Part shown: positions 50,287-60,748 of the stretch, piece by piece | Numbering within the stretch: the stretch's first letter is position 1 | Layout: every line of letters begins with the position of its first letter | Source: a virus | Taxonomy: Duplodnaviria; Caudoviricetes | IMG/VR virus record: IMGVR_UViG_3300047159_000046 | Strand: one strand, 5' to 3' | DNA: 64,000 nucleotides | Translations under genes and position numbers: made by a program | The notes under the pieces: model-generated | What the model was told of the DNA's origin: nothing | What the model saw: only the letters and a program-made list of their open reading frames with translations | Databases searched by the model: none

Positions 50287-51240
50287 ATGCTGATTATCAA
50301 AAGATTAATCTACAAAATAAATATATATATAAAGCTGTTTTTCTATGGTTTTAAGGCTGGAGATGTGCTGGTACATTCAAATTCAGACAAGTCTATTATC
50401 AACGGATTTAAAACATACCAAACAAAAGAACAGTCCAATGTCATAAGAGACCTGCTTAGAGGAATAATAACAGAGGAGGTTAAACATTTAAGATATTCAT
50501 TGTATAAGATATCACAGGCTGCTGATTTATATACAGTAGATAAATGTACGGCCGTAAAACATACCATTGAAGAAAAACCATGGCTTGATTACAGTAAGGG
50601 AATTATTCGTCAGCTGAATGTTCTTATTGATGATAAGGGTTATATGTTCGATGATAAACCAACATATTCAATCAATCTTAAATACAAAAATTTTCCAATG
50701 TTTGATTTTTCCCGATTGTTCAAGGAGGTTTATGTCGATTTGAACAAAAAAAACGGATTTGTTCTTATTACTACAGAACTTATTTCCAAAACTCCTGGAT
50801 TTTCGGCAGGAGAAAAAGGAGCATCAAGGGAATTGAACAAATGGATAACAGAATATAACAAAACCGTTAATGATAACCAGAAAACAACATTGATAAACAA
50901 CTGTCCGTTTTTAGGGAATCTGTTATCAATATGTTTTGAAACATACAAGGCTGATGGAAATGTTGATGGAGTATCTTATGAATTGTTTGATTTGAAATTC
51001 TCAAAGGTCGCTTTTAATATAACAACCAATGATGCCAAGTATTTCTCCAACAAAAACGAAAAGATGCCAAATATATGTATGGCTACATTCAGTTATGGTG
51101 ACATCGCTGTAAAGAATGACAGAATTGAGTATGTTGATGATATCATGGAAGAGAACTATAAGGAGCATAAACGGAGAGCCAATAGTATAGGCAGAGTTTA
51201 CAGCGATATTAATATGTTTGCAGATACAAATAAAAAATGA
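50287..51240 (+). CDS. Hypothetical protein
   Basis: 317-aa ORF within the operon. Confidence 0.7.
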   Translation: MLIIKRLIYKINIYIKLFFYGFKAGDVLVHSNSDKSIINGFKTYQTKEQSNVIRDLLRGIITEEVKHLRYSLYKISQAADLYTVDKCTAVKHTIEEKPWLDYSKGIIRQLNVLIDDKGYMFDDKPTYSINLKYKNFPMFDFSRLFKEVYVDLNKKNGFVLITTELISKTPGFSAGEKGASRELNKWITEYNKTVNDNQKTTLINNCPFLGNLLSICFETYKADGNVDGVSYELFDLKFSKVAFNITTNDAKYFSNKNEKMPNICMATFSYGDIAVKNDRIEYVDDIMEENYKEHKRRANSIGRVYSDINMFADTNKK

Positions 51241-51252
51241 AAAGATAAATAA

Positions 51253-51846
51253 ATGAATATAGCGATAGACATAAATACTTTAAGAAATCTTAACAAACAG
51301 ATTAATATCTGTTATGAAAAGGAAACAGGAAAACCTTTTGTGGATAATGAAGAACTTATCAAGCATGATTTGAAGAGGGAAATAAAATTTGATTCCGTAC
51401 AGGCAAGAAGCAAGTTTTATTTTGAAAATTATCCATTCGAGATTTTTGGGTGCGCTCCTTGTATGACAAATGAATGTCCGTTGGACTTTGAACAATGGGT
51501 TGAAGAATCCGAGAATTTCGACAAGGACACGATAAATATCATGCTTGTTTCTCCGTTTGAAAGCGGATTGTCAATCAAGGCAACAATGTTTTTTCTTTCT
51601 AAATGGTTCCCTTGCAGAGAAATGTATTTTCCAAAGCAATCAACACAAATATGGGACAGATGTGACGTTCTTGTAACATCAGACGAAAAGCTGTCAAAGA
51701 ACAAGCCTGATGGTAAAATTCTTATTTTAATAGAGAACGGGACAAATAAGGATTTGGAACAATATGCTGATTTGTCTTATGAAACAATAGATAATATGAT
51801 ATCTGATAATTTTGATTTTAATAAACTTTATAAAAAAATAAAATGA
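51253..51846 (+). CDS. HAD-like 5'(3')-deoxyribonucleotidase homologue with degenerate motif I
   Basis: MNIAIDIN, FEIFG.A, T.FFLSK, CDVLV; the second Asp of DxD is missing. Confidence 0.55.
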   Translation: MNIAIDINTLRNLNKQINICYEKETGKPFVDNEELIKHDLKREIKFDSVQARSKFYFENYPFEIFGCAPCMTNECPLDFEQWVEESENFDKDTINIMLVSPFESGLSIKATMFFLSKWFPCREMYFPKQSTQIWDRCDVLVTSDEKLSKNKPDGKILILIENGTNKDLEQYADLSYETIDNMISDNFDFNKLYKKIK

Positions 51847-53018
51847 CCGATAAAGAGCAAAAAATAGTAGAGAATATAGACAAGGAGATTGAAAGAATAG
51901 ACAATTCCCAATCAAATGTATATTTCTTTGTATTGGATACCAAAGGTGTTCCAGACGGTTCAGTTGAGTATATATACAAACTGGCAAAAATATTGTCCGA
52001 TAACGGAAAGAATGTCACTATGCTGTATCAGGAAAATCTGATTGACAAGAAAGACGACAAGGGAGTTATTGTCAAAGACGAGAATGGAAACAATATGAAA
52101 GAAGATCCTTTTGTTGGCGTTGAGAAATGGCTCGGAAAGGAATATTCTGAACTTCCCCATGTCAATACAATAAGCACAAATATTAATGTAAAATCATCTG
52201 ATATTCTGTTTATTCCAGAATTGTTCGCTTCTGTCATGAAAGAGACAAGAAAATTTCCATGCGAAAGAATTGTAATTGCACAAAATTATAATTTTATTGC
52301 CGAATCAATGCCTTTGGGTGACCAGTGGGGAGATTATGGAATTATCAAAGCGATAGTCCCTACACAAACAAATGCGGACCTTATAAAGGATTTGTTCCCG
52401 TATGTTTCCACTACGGTTATTGATCCTTATCTTGATGACTTATCATCCAAAACCGAAGAACTCCCAGAGTGTCTGGTTAATGTGGTATCAAAGAATGAAG
52501 AGGATATGCATAGAGTTATCAAACCATTTTATTGGAAATACCCTATGTTTAAGTGGATTACATTTAGAGAACTTAGAAATCTCCCTCAAAACGAGTTTAT
52601 AGACAGTCTTAAAAAAGCAGCATTTACTTTGTGGATTGATGATGATGACAATTTTGCATTGACACCGTTACAGGCCATGAACGCAGGTGCTATTGTTATA
52701 GGCAAAGTTCCAGATATATTGCCAGAATGGCTTGTTGAAAAGAAAGAGAACGGTTCTTTGAATGTCAAAAAATGCGGATATTGGTTCTCGGACCTGAAAG
52801 AAGCTCCAATTGCATTGGCTAATGTCATCAAGGATTGGATTACTGATAATATTCCGTCAGAAATAGGCAAAGCCCAGTATGATGCGTGGAATTCATATAA
52901 TGATAAAGGTAGAACCACAAAGGAAATTTATGATTATGTGAACAAGATATTTGATGATCATAAAAAGACGTTGTTAGAAATTAAAAACCAAATTGTAAAT
53001 AAAAATGAGAACAAGTAA
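51843..53018 (+). CDS. Glycosyltransferase-like protein (GT-B fold)
   Basis: DILFIPE, LWIDDDDNFALTPLQAMNAGAIVIG (GT4-like signature). Confidence 0.7.
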   Translation: MTDKEQKIVENIDKEIERIDNSQSNVYFFVLDTKGVPDGSVEYIYKLAKILSDNGKNVTMLYQENLIDKKDDKGVIVKDENGNNMKEDPFVGVEKWLGKEYSELPHVNTISTNINVKSSDILFIPELFASVMKETRKFPCERIVIAQNYNFIAESMPLGDQWGDYGIIKAIVPTQTNADLIKDLFPYVSTTVIDPYLDDLSSKTEELPECLVNVVSKNEEDMHRVIKPFYWKYPMFKWITFRELRNLPQNEFIDSLKKAAFTLWIDDDDNFALTPLQAMNAGAIVIGKVPDILPEWLVEKKENGSLNVKKCGYWFSDLKEAPIALANVIKDWITDNIPSEIGKAQYDAWNSYNDKGRTTKEIYDYVNKIFDDHKKTLLEIKNQIVNKNENK

Positions 53019-53817
53019 AAAAATAGCATCAAAACAAAACATAAGCATCATCATTCCTGTTCATGAAATGAATGATACCGTAAAACCATTATATGAAAGA
53101 AGTCTTGAATCTGCAATAGCTACTGATTGTAATATTCTGGTTGTATCTGCAACAAATAAAATAAATGATGAGCTTCTCACTATTAAAAATGCGTTCAACA
53201 AGAATATCACTTATGCCATAAAGAACGATGAAAAGACAGATTTCTGTTCCATGGTGAATTTTGGAGTGGAGCATCTTGATAGTTCTTCTGATTATTTTAT
53301 GATACTTGAAATGGATGATGTGATAAATCCACAGGTGTTTAAACAGAATATCTATTCTTATATGAATGCCAAAAAAGATTATTCTGTATTTATTCCGCTT
53401 ACCTATTTGTTTAACAGTAAAGGCGATAAGTTTGAGGGATTTATTAATGAGCTTCCATTAACTCCATCTTTTTCAAAGGAGATTGGGTGTATAGACAAAG
53501 ACAGTCTTTCGGATGTGTTTGTATTTAATTTAACTGGTGCGGTATTCAGCAAAGAAGTCTGGAATAGACTTGGTGGACTTAAAAGCTCAATAAAGGTTTA
53601 TTTCTGGTATGAGCTTATGCTGAGATATACAAGTCATGATGTCAATTTCTTCGTATATCCTAAAGTGGCATATCATCATTATCTGCAACGTGAAAACTCA
53701 TTGTTTGATACTTATGTTAAAACCGTAAGCGAAAAGGAAAACAAGTTCTGGCTGGATGTGGCAAAGAACAATTACACAAATAACGATGACGCTTTTGTGT
53801 ATAACAATAAGGATTAA
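53005..53817 (+). CDS. GT2-family glycosyltransferase
   Basis: ISIIIPVH, NFGV, ILEMDD, LGGLK. Confidence 0.8.
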   Translation: MRTSKKIASKQNISIIIPVHEMNDTVKPLYERSLESAIATDCNILVVSATNKINDELLTIKNAFNKNITYAIKNDEKTDFCSMVNFGVEHLDSSSDYFMILEMDDVINPQVFKQNIYSYMNAKKDYSVFIPLTYLFNSKGDKFEGFINELPLTPSFSKEIGCIDKDSLSDVFVFNLTGAVFSKEVWNRLGGLKSSIKVYFWYELMLRYTSHDVNFFVYPKVAYHHYLQRENSLFDTYVKTVSEKENKFWLDVAKNNYTNNDDAFVYNNKD

Positions 53818-53892
53818 AAAGTCCTGAATAAAAAGAATTGTTATGCCATGTTTGTGAAAATATGACATCAATTCTTTTTTTTATTTAAAAAT

Positions 53893-54615
53893 ATGCCAAG
53901 AAAAAAGAAACAAAATGGCTACTTCTATGAAAGAGAAGAAAAAGCCGTGTCTGATTACAATAAGGCAGATACATTTGAGGAGAAAAATAAGATTTATAGT
54001 GAAATCTTACATCCAGCACTTACGAAAATGGTAGAGTCAATTATCCGAAGATATAGACTCTATATTCCAGACGAAGAATATGATTTAACATTCACTGATT
54101 GTTTGAGCTTTCTTATGGTACAGATTGAAAAATTCAATCCAGAAAGAGGACACAAGGCTTATTCGTATCTTGGAACAATATGTAAAAATCATCTTATATT
54201 CAAGATAAAAAAATTCAAAGAAGAAGAAAAGAAATATACATCTTTTGAAAGCAATCAGGATGTTTACGAGAATGATGAAAATCTTACGGAGGAAACCGAT
54301 TTTCTTGGAGAAAATTCTTTTTTTGACGATCTTATCATCAATACCAAGAAAAAAATTCAGTTTATGCTTGACAACAAAAATAAATTCGGTTTGAACATGG
54401 ATGAATACAAGATTGGAAGCAGCCTGATATTCCTACTTGAACATTGGGATGATATTTTTAGCAGCAATATGGGATCAAATAAGTTTAACAAGGCAACGGT
54501 ATTGTTTTTCTTGAAAGAGAACACTCTTATGGACACAAAAGAAGTAAGAAAAAATCTCAAAAAATACAAGGATGTTTATGTTGAAATAAAGAAAAAAATG
54601 TTAAAAAATGACTAA
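53893..54615 (+). CDS. Phage sigma factor (gp55-like, late transcription)
   Basis: Region-2-like segment KMVESIIRRY...KFNPERGHKAYSYLGTICKN. Confidence 0.7.
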   Translation: MPRKKKQNGYFYEREEKAVSDYNKADTFEEKNKIYSEILHPALTKMVESIIRRYRLYIPDEEYDLTFTDCLSFLMVQIEKFNPERGHKAYSYLGTICKNHLIFKIKKFKEEEKKYTSFESNQDVYENDENLTEETDFLGENSFFDDLIINTKKKIQFMLDNKNKFGLNMDEYKIGSSLIFLLEHWDDIFSSNMGSNKFNKATVLFFLKENTLMDTKEVRKNLKKYKDVYVEIKKKMLKND

Positions 54616-54643
54616 TTATCAATAGAATATAAACACTAAAAAT

Positions 54644-55042
54644 ATGGGCAAAAAAGTTGATTATAGAATTGAGTTGAATTCATTATCCAATCTGCAGAAT
54701 CTGTTGCAGGAATCGTATGATATCACAACCGAACAGATTAATAGCGCACAACAGGAAATGAACAAATTGACCGCATCCACAGACTTAAAAGAAGAACTTA
54801 TGGATGGAAAGGCAAAGTATTCAAAGGCTTTGCACGATTTTATGACAGACAAGGACAGGGCATTGTCAAGAAGAATAGAAATAGCCAAACTTATGGCAGA
54901 AGTCATAAAAGAGAATGGAAATTCAAAAAGAGCTTTTGATGAGATAGAAGGAGAAAACGCTTTCAATGTAGACGTTAATTCTCTGAATGAATTGCTCAGA
55001 AACTCTCCAAAAGAAACACCAAAGAAAGAAAGACTTTATTAA
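54644..55042 (+). CDS. Hypothetical coiled-coil protein
   Basis: 132-aa ORF within the operon. Confidence 0.7.
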   Translation: MGKKVDYRIELNSLSNLQNLLQESYDITTEQINSAQQEMNKLTASTDLKEELMDGKAKYSKALHDFMTDKDRALSRRIEIAKLMAEVIKENGNSKRAFDEIEGENAFNVDVNSLNELLRNSPKETPKKERLY

Positions 55043-55053
55043 TATAAAAACAA

Positions 55054-57698
55054 ATGCAGACAATATACGAAAAGAAAGAAGAAACGATAGGAATGATAGA
55101 CGCTTTTTTATCAATGATAGAAAAGCTAAAGGCAACCTATGAAAACACTTCATTGTCTCTTCATTATACCAATAATAGTTCACTGCGCTATCTATTTGAT
55201 TTATACAAATCAATAGCTGGCAATACAGAAGGACTGCAATCATTGATATTGAAGATTCTTACCAATTCGTTGCCTGCGTTTGAAGCAGCCGTAAAGGCTT
55301 ATCTTTTAGCCAATATAAAAACAAGCATCAGCTGCGGAAGCGATCCTATCATACCAGACGATATGAGGGAATTTTACTATGATTCCAACTATACATTGTA
55401 TCGGGTACAATATTTCAACACCAAAGTCCAATCCGACTGGGTGAATTCAAAAGTCATAGAATTGGATAATGTGCATTTTGGGAAAGGACTTGATTTCAGC
55501 GTAACAAGCCTTGATTTTTGTGATAAGCTGGATGTAAGTCCTTTCGATTCTGGAAAAAAGGGCAATCTGATGTATTTTGGAATCAATGAGCATACCACTC
55601 CATACGATTTATGCAGAAGCAATGATTTTGACGCTTTTATATGGTACACAATGAACAAGGCTGTTTACTATTCTGCTTACCAATATTATGATACCAAAAA
55701 CGATACCGCAACCGCAAAAGAAAAATCATTTTCATTATTTACAAACTCCAATTATATATGTTGCTACGAAGCAGAAGGTAAAAAGTATAAGGATATAACA
55801 TCGGATTCGGACCAAAGTTTTAATTTGTTGAGCTATTTCTATATCAAGAATACCAATGACGGGGAAATATTAAAGAATGTAGCCCCAGGAACAGCTTATA
55901 AATATCATAATGGTTCAAGTATATTGCTTTGTACTGAAACGCTTGCAGACGAAAGCGGAAACACTAAATATGCAAGATTTTTCCCTGCCACTGATGATTA
56001 TAAAGGTTCTATCTGGCATATAGACAGTTTCTGTTATGCAGGGAATGATCTTAAACCACAATTCTCACAATCAACGGAAAATGTATATGCCAAAAGTACA
56101 GCAACTCCAGCAGAGGCGATTGAATTGGAAAAAACAGGAGCAAACAGTAACAGTCATGCCCGTGAATACAACAAGGAAAAAGGAATATTGAAACTTGAAT
56201 ACTATGGAATAACCAATAATCTATCAAGAAATTATGCATTTACGGAATCATCCGTTTCAATGGGAACACATGCGGTTAAAAATAACAGCAAGCTGAATTT
56301 CAAGATACTGCCTAAACCGTTTATTCATTATCCTTGCGTTGATAAGAGATTCCCAGAAAATCCGCTTGATACAAAGAAAATATTGTTTAACGCCAAGGGA
56401 AAACCAGATAAGAATGGCAATTTTTCATGCTTGGTTGATCCTACCTATACGGCAAATACCAATTATAATTATTGTGACGATTCTGGTTCCACATGGTCAC
56501 CTACGGATATCAACTCACAGATTCAGGACCCAACATCTCCATCAGGAAGTATAAAGACAAATTATGATATCATAAACACGAGTACAGCATCTACAGAAAA
56601 TCCAATATATGAATTGAGATATAGAATTCTTGATTATAAAACATTTAAAGACTATGCTAATGGAATTGCATCGGAAGCGGATGTGGCATCCAATTACATA
56701 GGGTGGTTATACTTTACAAAAGACGGATCTTATTTTTTGAAAATGAACGATGGACATAGAATACAGGAATGTCTGTATGAATGTTATACGGGATTGACAA
56801 TTTATCAGTTCAATTATGATTATGTGATGGGAATGCAGCTTTTTGATGCCAAAAACATACTTTCTACTGCGTTTGATTTGACATTCAATCTGGGGGCTTC
56901 TTATTCATTAAATCTCACCACCAAACAATATATGGACAGACAAAAAATAATTTCCATAATAAAAAGCATGTGTGATGCGGATTCAAGCGTTGCGAGTGAT
57001 TGCTTCTATTCATTCAGCAATACCAAATATGAATCAATGTTGAATGATGCGGAAACAAAAAGAAAAATGGATATAAATTTAATGGTTCTGATTACGGTAA
57101 TGTTAATGTTGATTTCAGCGGAGTAAAAGATATTCTTGATGAATATGACGATAATGCCACTCTAAATGAAAGGGTTGATGTGTTGTCCCGTGCACTGACA
57201 CAGGCTAATGTATCTGTTACAGAAATAGGTACAGATCAGGCGGATGAGGTAAATCCTACGGCTTCTCTTGAATTTGTTGAGAATTTGATAAACAACCTTG
57301 TTGCCGCTTTGGTATATTCAATCATAACACCTAAAATAGTCATGCTTCTGTCTGTAAATAAGGCTCTTATGGGAGACCATTCCGATTATAGCTCGGTAGA
57401 ATCCTTTTTGAAAGCAATACAGAATATCATACTTGGACTTGTACAGAAAATATACGAGATGGTTCTTGAAGAAGTATTGGCTTTTGTCATGGAAAAGTTG
57501 AAAGTTATAATTGATTTATGGAGCAGCATATTGTTGCAGGAATATACAGCCAAATACAGACGTTTGATAGAACTTATGAAACTTGATTGTACTGGTGACT
57601 GGATGCATAGAAGAACGTTGAATGTTCAAATAGGAGATGTCAATTATGCTGATATAGACAACACCAACACTCCTGTTGATGATTCATGTCCAGAATAA
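55054..57698 (+). CDS. Probable single structural protein (about 881 aa) split by a -1 frame break near 57060
   Basis: The frame of 57180-57698 is open from 57048 and reads NGYKFNGSDYGNVNVDFSGVKDIL... Confidence 0.65.
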
Positions 57699-57720
57699 CA
57701 AGATATAAATATTTATTAAT

Positions 57721-58119
57721 ATGGCCACAACAATAGAAAATATAGTAAATAAGATTAAATCGGCATTGAATAGCGCAAGACCGAAAGCAATGAATATTCC
57801 TGGTATTTTTATGCTTTGTTCTTTGGCAAAAAGACCTGGATTGTCCGTTTCTGTAAGTACCTCAATTACAGTAAGCAAATTAAAGGTTCTTGGATTTCCG
57901 ACTGGGACACTTCCAGACGGTCAGGAAAATATGACGGTTAATTTTGTTCATTCTTTGTTTGAGGAAAATTACAGGGCAATAAATGAAGATGCGGTCATGC
58001 AGGGCAGACTTGGAATAGGCGATATAACCATACAGGCAACGGGAGCCAATGCAGGAGGTCCTGTGACGGTAGTTGGAAACAATATGCTCCCTGTTGATTT
58101 TAAAGGATTGCTGAAATAA
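57721..58119 (+). CDS. Hypothetical protein (baseplate region)
   Basis: RPGLS and GANAGGPV motifs; directly upstream of the spike gene. Confidence 0.7.
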   Translation: MATTIENIVNKIKSALNSARPKAMNIPGIFMLCSLAKRPGLSVSVSTSITVSKLKVLGFPTGTLPDGQENMTVNFVHSLFEENYRAINEDAVMQGRLGIGDITIQATGANAGGPVTVVGNNMLPVDFKGLLK

Positions 58120-58148
58120 TAATATAATTAAATTAAATTAAATAAAAT

Positions 58149-59051
58149 ATGCCAATATTACATGATAATCAAAATCCAATCATGTGTTTTATCGGTAAAG
58201 TCATTAGTGTTGATGACGAATCCGATGGAATGAGAATTAAAGCTTTTATTTCTGGTGATTTGGCTAACAATATACCTTATGCCTTTCCTTTGCTTCCAAA
58301 GATGTTTCAGGTCAGACCAAAAGTTGGAGAGGCGGTTATGGTTTTTCTATCAAAACTGAATGATAGAAGAAGCGATAGGTTTTATGTCGGTCCAATTGTA
58401 AGTCAACCTCAATTTTTACAGAATGCACAATATGAATCTTCTTTGTCTTTATTCAAGGATAAAATCCTGCAACCTCTTGAATCCATCAAAAAGGAAGATG
58501 GAATAACCAAAGGAGCTTTTCCTCCAGAAGATAATGTTTCATTGGTAGGAAGAGATTCGGAAGACTTGTCAATGGGTAATGGTACGGTCACATTGAGGGC
58601 TGGAGCAAGAAAAGCCATGGACAATATGGATAATAAATCCTTAATCGGGAATGTGGCTTTTGATAATGACAAGGCTTCGTTCATTATGCTTAGGAAAAAA
58701 GATGGACTCATTCCAGACACTGTTGAAAATACAGATAATGGTGCTGATAGTGTGGCTGTTATTGCTGCTGATAAGTTCGCATTTATGTCAAAGAAACAAA
58801 AAGATGCCTCCTTTGAAAAGTATGATAATGAAAGCATGATTAAAGATGAGGATTTTGACAAGATTATGCAGAAACTGCATCAGATTCCGTATGGAGATAA
58901 GTTGGTGGAGGTTCTTAAAGATATGCGTTCTGCAATATCCAATCATGTTCACCCTTGGGCTGGACTACCCCCATGTAACGATGAGACGGTAAAAAGAATG
59001 AATGAATACAATCTTGACGATATCTTGTCAAAGAATGCGAGGATAAGCTAA
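58149..59051 (+). CDS. Baseplate spike (gp5 / gpV-like)
   Basis: OB-fold GKVISVDD...RIKA...AFPLLP...PKVGEAV; C-terminal HVHP (HxH metal tip). Confidence 0.8.
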   Translation: MPILHDNQNPIMCFIGKVISVDDESDGMRIKAFISGDLANNIPYAFPLLPKMFQVRPKVGEAVMVFLSKLNDRRSDRFYVGPIVSQPQFLQNAQYESSLSLFKDKILQPLESIKKEDGITKGAFPPEDNVSLVGRDSEDLSMGNGTVTLRAGARKAMDNMDNKSLIGNVAFDNDKASFIMLRKKDGLIPDTVENTDNGADSVAVIAADKFAFMSKKQKDASFEKYDNESMIKDEDFDKIMQKLHQIPYGDKLVEVLKDMRSAISNHVHPWAGLPPCNDETVKRMNEYNLDDILSKNARIS

Positions 59052-59156
59052 ATATATGCGTATACGGTATGTTTTTCGTGTAATTAACGAATTTCATACC
59101 TGAAAAATATCAATTTTTATAGATATATTATCTATTTATAATAAAAGTAAACAAAA

Positions 59157-60113
59157 ATGAGAAGAAGAAATTTAGACCGAATTATTGATGAGTGTATCAA
59201 TAGAGAGGTTATGAATAGTAGACGATATGCCAATAATTATGGATATATCGATGAGGGCTTTATGGATACCAGAATGGGAAAGGCCATGGGACGTGGAATA
59301 TCCAAAGCAGGAATGGGGATAGGAAATAGACTCTCAAAATGGGGAAACAGTCTGAGTAATGTAGCATCAAACTATGGAAGAAGATTTGCCAACACTGGAT
59401 CTAATGGAGGAAATCAGACAGGTAATCAACCTTCTTATCAAGAAAATCCACTTCCTACAGGCAATAATAACACCAATTATAATGATCCTGATGATGATGA
59501 CGAAGAAGAAATGACTAATCAGACAAATTCAGATAACGGTGCTAATTATGATGAGGAGGATACCGATAATAATCAAGCAGGTTCCGATAATGCTTCTAAT
59601 TATGATGAGGGTGATGATGATAATACTCAAGCAGGTTCCGATGATTATGGACAACCACAAGGAAATGCTAATGGTTACTCCAATGATGATGAAGATGATT
59701 ATGATGAAGATGATAATGACGCAGGTTATGGGGAAGCAGGGAATGTTGCTCCTCAGCAGCGAGTAAGAACACCAAGAGGACCTCGTATGACTCCAGATCA
59801 ACGCAAATATAAAGGAATGATCAGAAGGGTTGACAAAAATATACCTGTCATGGATCAGGATATAACAGATTTGACACACGATGGATATATCAATAGAAAT
59901 ATAGGTAATTATGCCATAAATGGTCTCAAAAAGGTTAAAAAGAATATTGATTTGGCCAATAATAGAAATATGGGAACGGAGAAAAGACAAAGAGCGCAAA
60001 GACAACCAGATTATCAACATATACAAGCAAGAAAATTTGAGCAGCAATGGCGTCAGCAGCAGAAAGCTAATCAAATGTCAAACAATCAAATGTCAGATTC
60101 AATGAGATGGTAA
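59157..60113 (+). CDS. Low-complexity protein with a basic leader and acidic repeats
   Basis: MRRRNLDRIIDECINRE leader; NYDE..D.NQAGSD repeats with 54-bp period; CTATTTAT at 59132-59139. Confidence 0.8.
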   Translation: MRRRNLDRIIDECINREVMNSRRYANNYGYIDEGFMDTRMGKAMGRGISKAGMGIGNRLSKWGNSLSNVASNYGRRFANTGSNGGNQTGNQPSYQENPLPTGNNNTNYNDPDDDDEEEMTNQTNSDNGANYDEEDTDNNQAGSDNASNYDEGDDDNTQAGSDDYGQPQGNANGYSNDDEDDYDEDDNDAGYGEAGNVAPQQRVRTPRGPRMTPDQRKYKGMIRRVDKNIPVMDQDITDLTHDGYINRNIGNYAINGLKKVKKNIDLANNRNMGTEKRQRAQRQPDYQHIQARKFEQQWRQQQKANQMSNNQMSDSMRW

Positions 60114-60146
60114 TGATGATTAATCTTATTTAATAGCTTATAATAT

Positions 60147-60184
60147 AAAAAGGCGGAACAATTAATGTTGTTCCGCCTTTTTTG
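60147..60184. terminator. Bidirectional terminator
   Basis: aaaaaggcggaaca...tgttccgcctttttt between convergent genes. Confidence 0.85.
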
Positions 60185-60201
60185 TGGTATATATATTCTA
60201 T

Positions 60202-60534
60202 TTATTGCATTTCTTTCAAGTGTTGAATTTCACTTGAAATACACTTAAAATAAGCCCATATATAATCTTTAATATATTGACCAAATTGTTCATTTTCGTT
60301 TTCCATTAATGATTGACTACTGTTTACTCCCATTTGTGCATATTGTTGAATAGAATCAATCAATTGTTGTTTCTGGTGCTGATTCTGCTGATCATTATCC
60401 ATTTGATCTTGTCCTTTACGAAAACCTTGATAAGCTCCTTTCATCTTATCCATAAAACCTTCGTTCAAGATATTATTGACAGATTCTCTTATTACATTGT
60501 GGAGCTGTCCCTCCGTTAATCTTACTCTTCTCAT
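60202..60534 (-). CDS. MRRVRLTE-leader family protein, copy 4
   Basis: MRRVRLTEGQLHNVIRESVNNILNE; ATG at 60534. Confidence 0.85.
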   Translation of the reverse strand: MRRVRLTEGQLHNVIRESVNNILNEGFMDKMKGAYQGFRKGQDQMDNDQQNQHQKQQLIDSIQQYAQMGVNSSQSLMENENEQFGQYIKDYIWAYFKCISSEIQHLKEMQ

Positions 60535-60639
60535 ATTTTTATTTCTTTTCCTATAAATATCTGCAAAATTATGATAATTCGCCCCCCCCCGCAAATACCG
60601 TGCCAGACGTGAAACAATGTTAAAATATTTACACAAAAA
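60535..60639 (-). repeat. Conserved upstream element, copy 3
   Basis: Aligns with 2661-2768 and 3168-3277. Confidence 0.85.
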
Positions 60640-60748
60640 TAGTTGCAATTTGTGTAATTATAGTATTTATAAATCGTTTTATCAAACAGAGAAAACACAT
60701 TGAAAAGTATTATTTTCTGTTACTATTTATGATAAAACGATAACAAAC

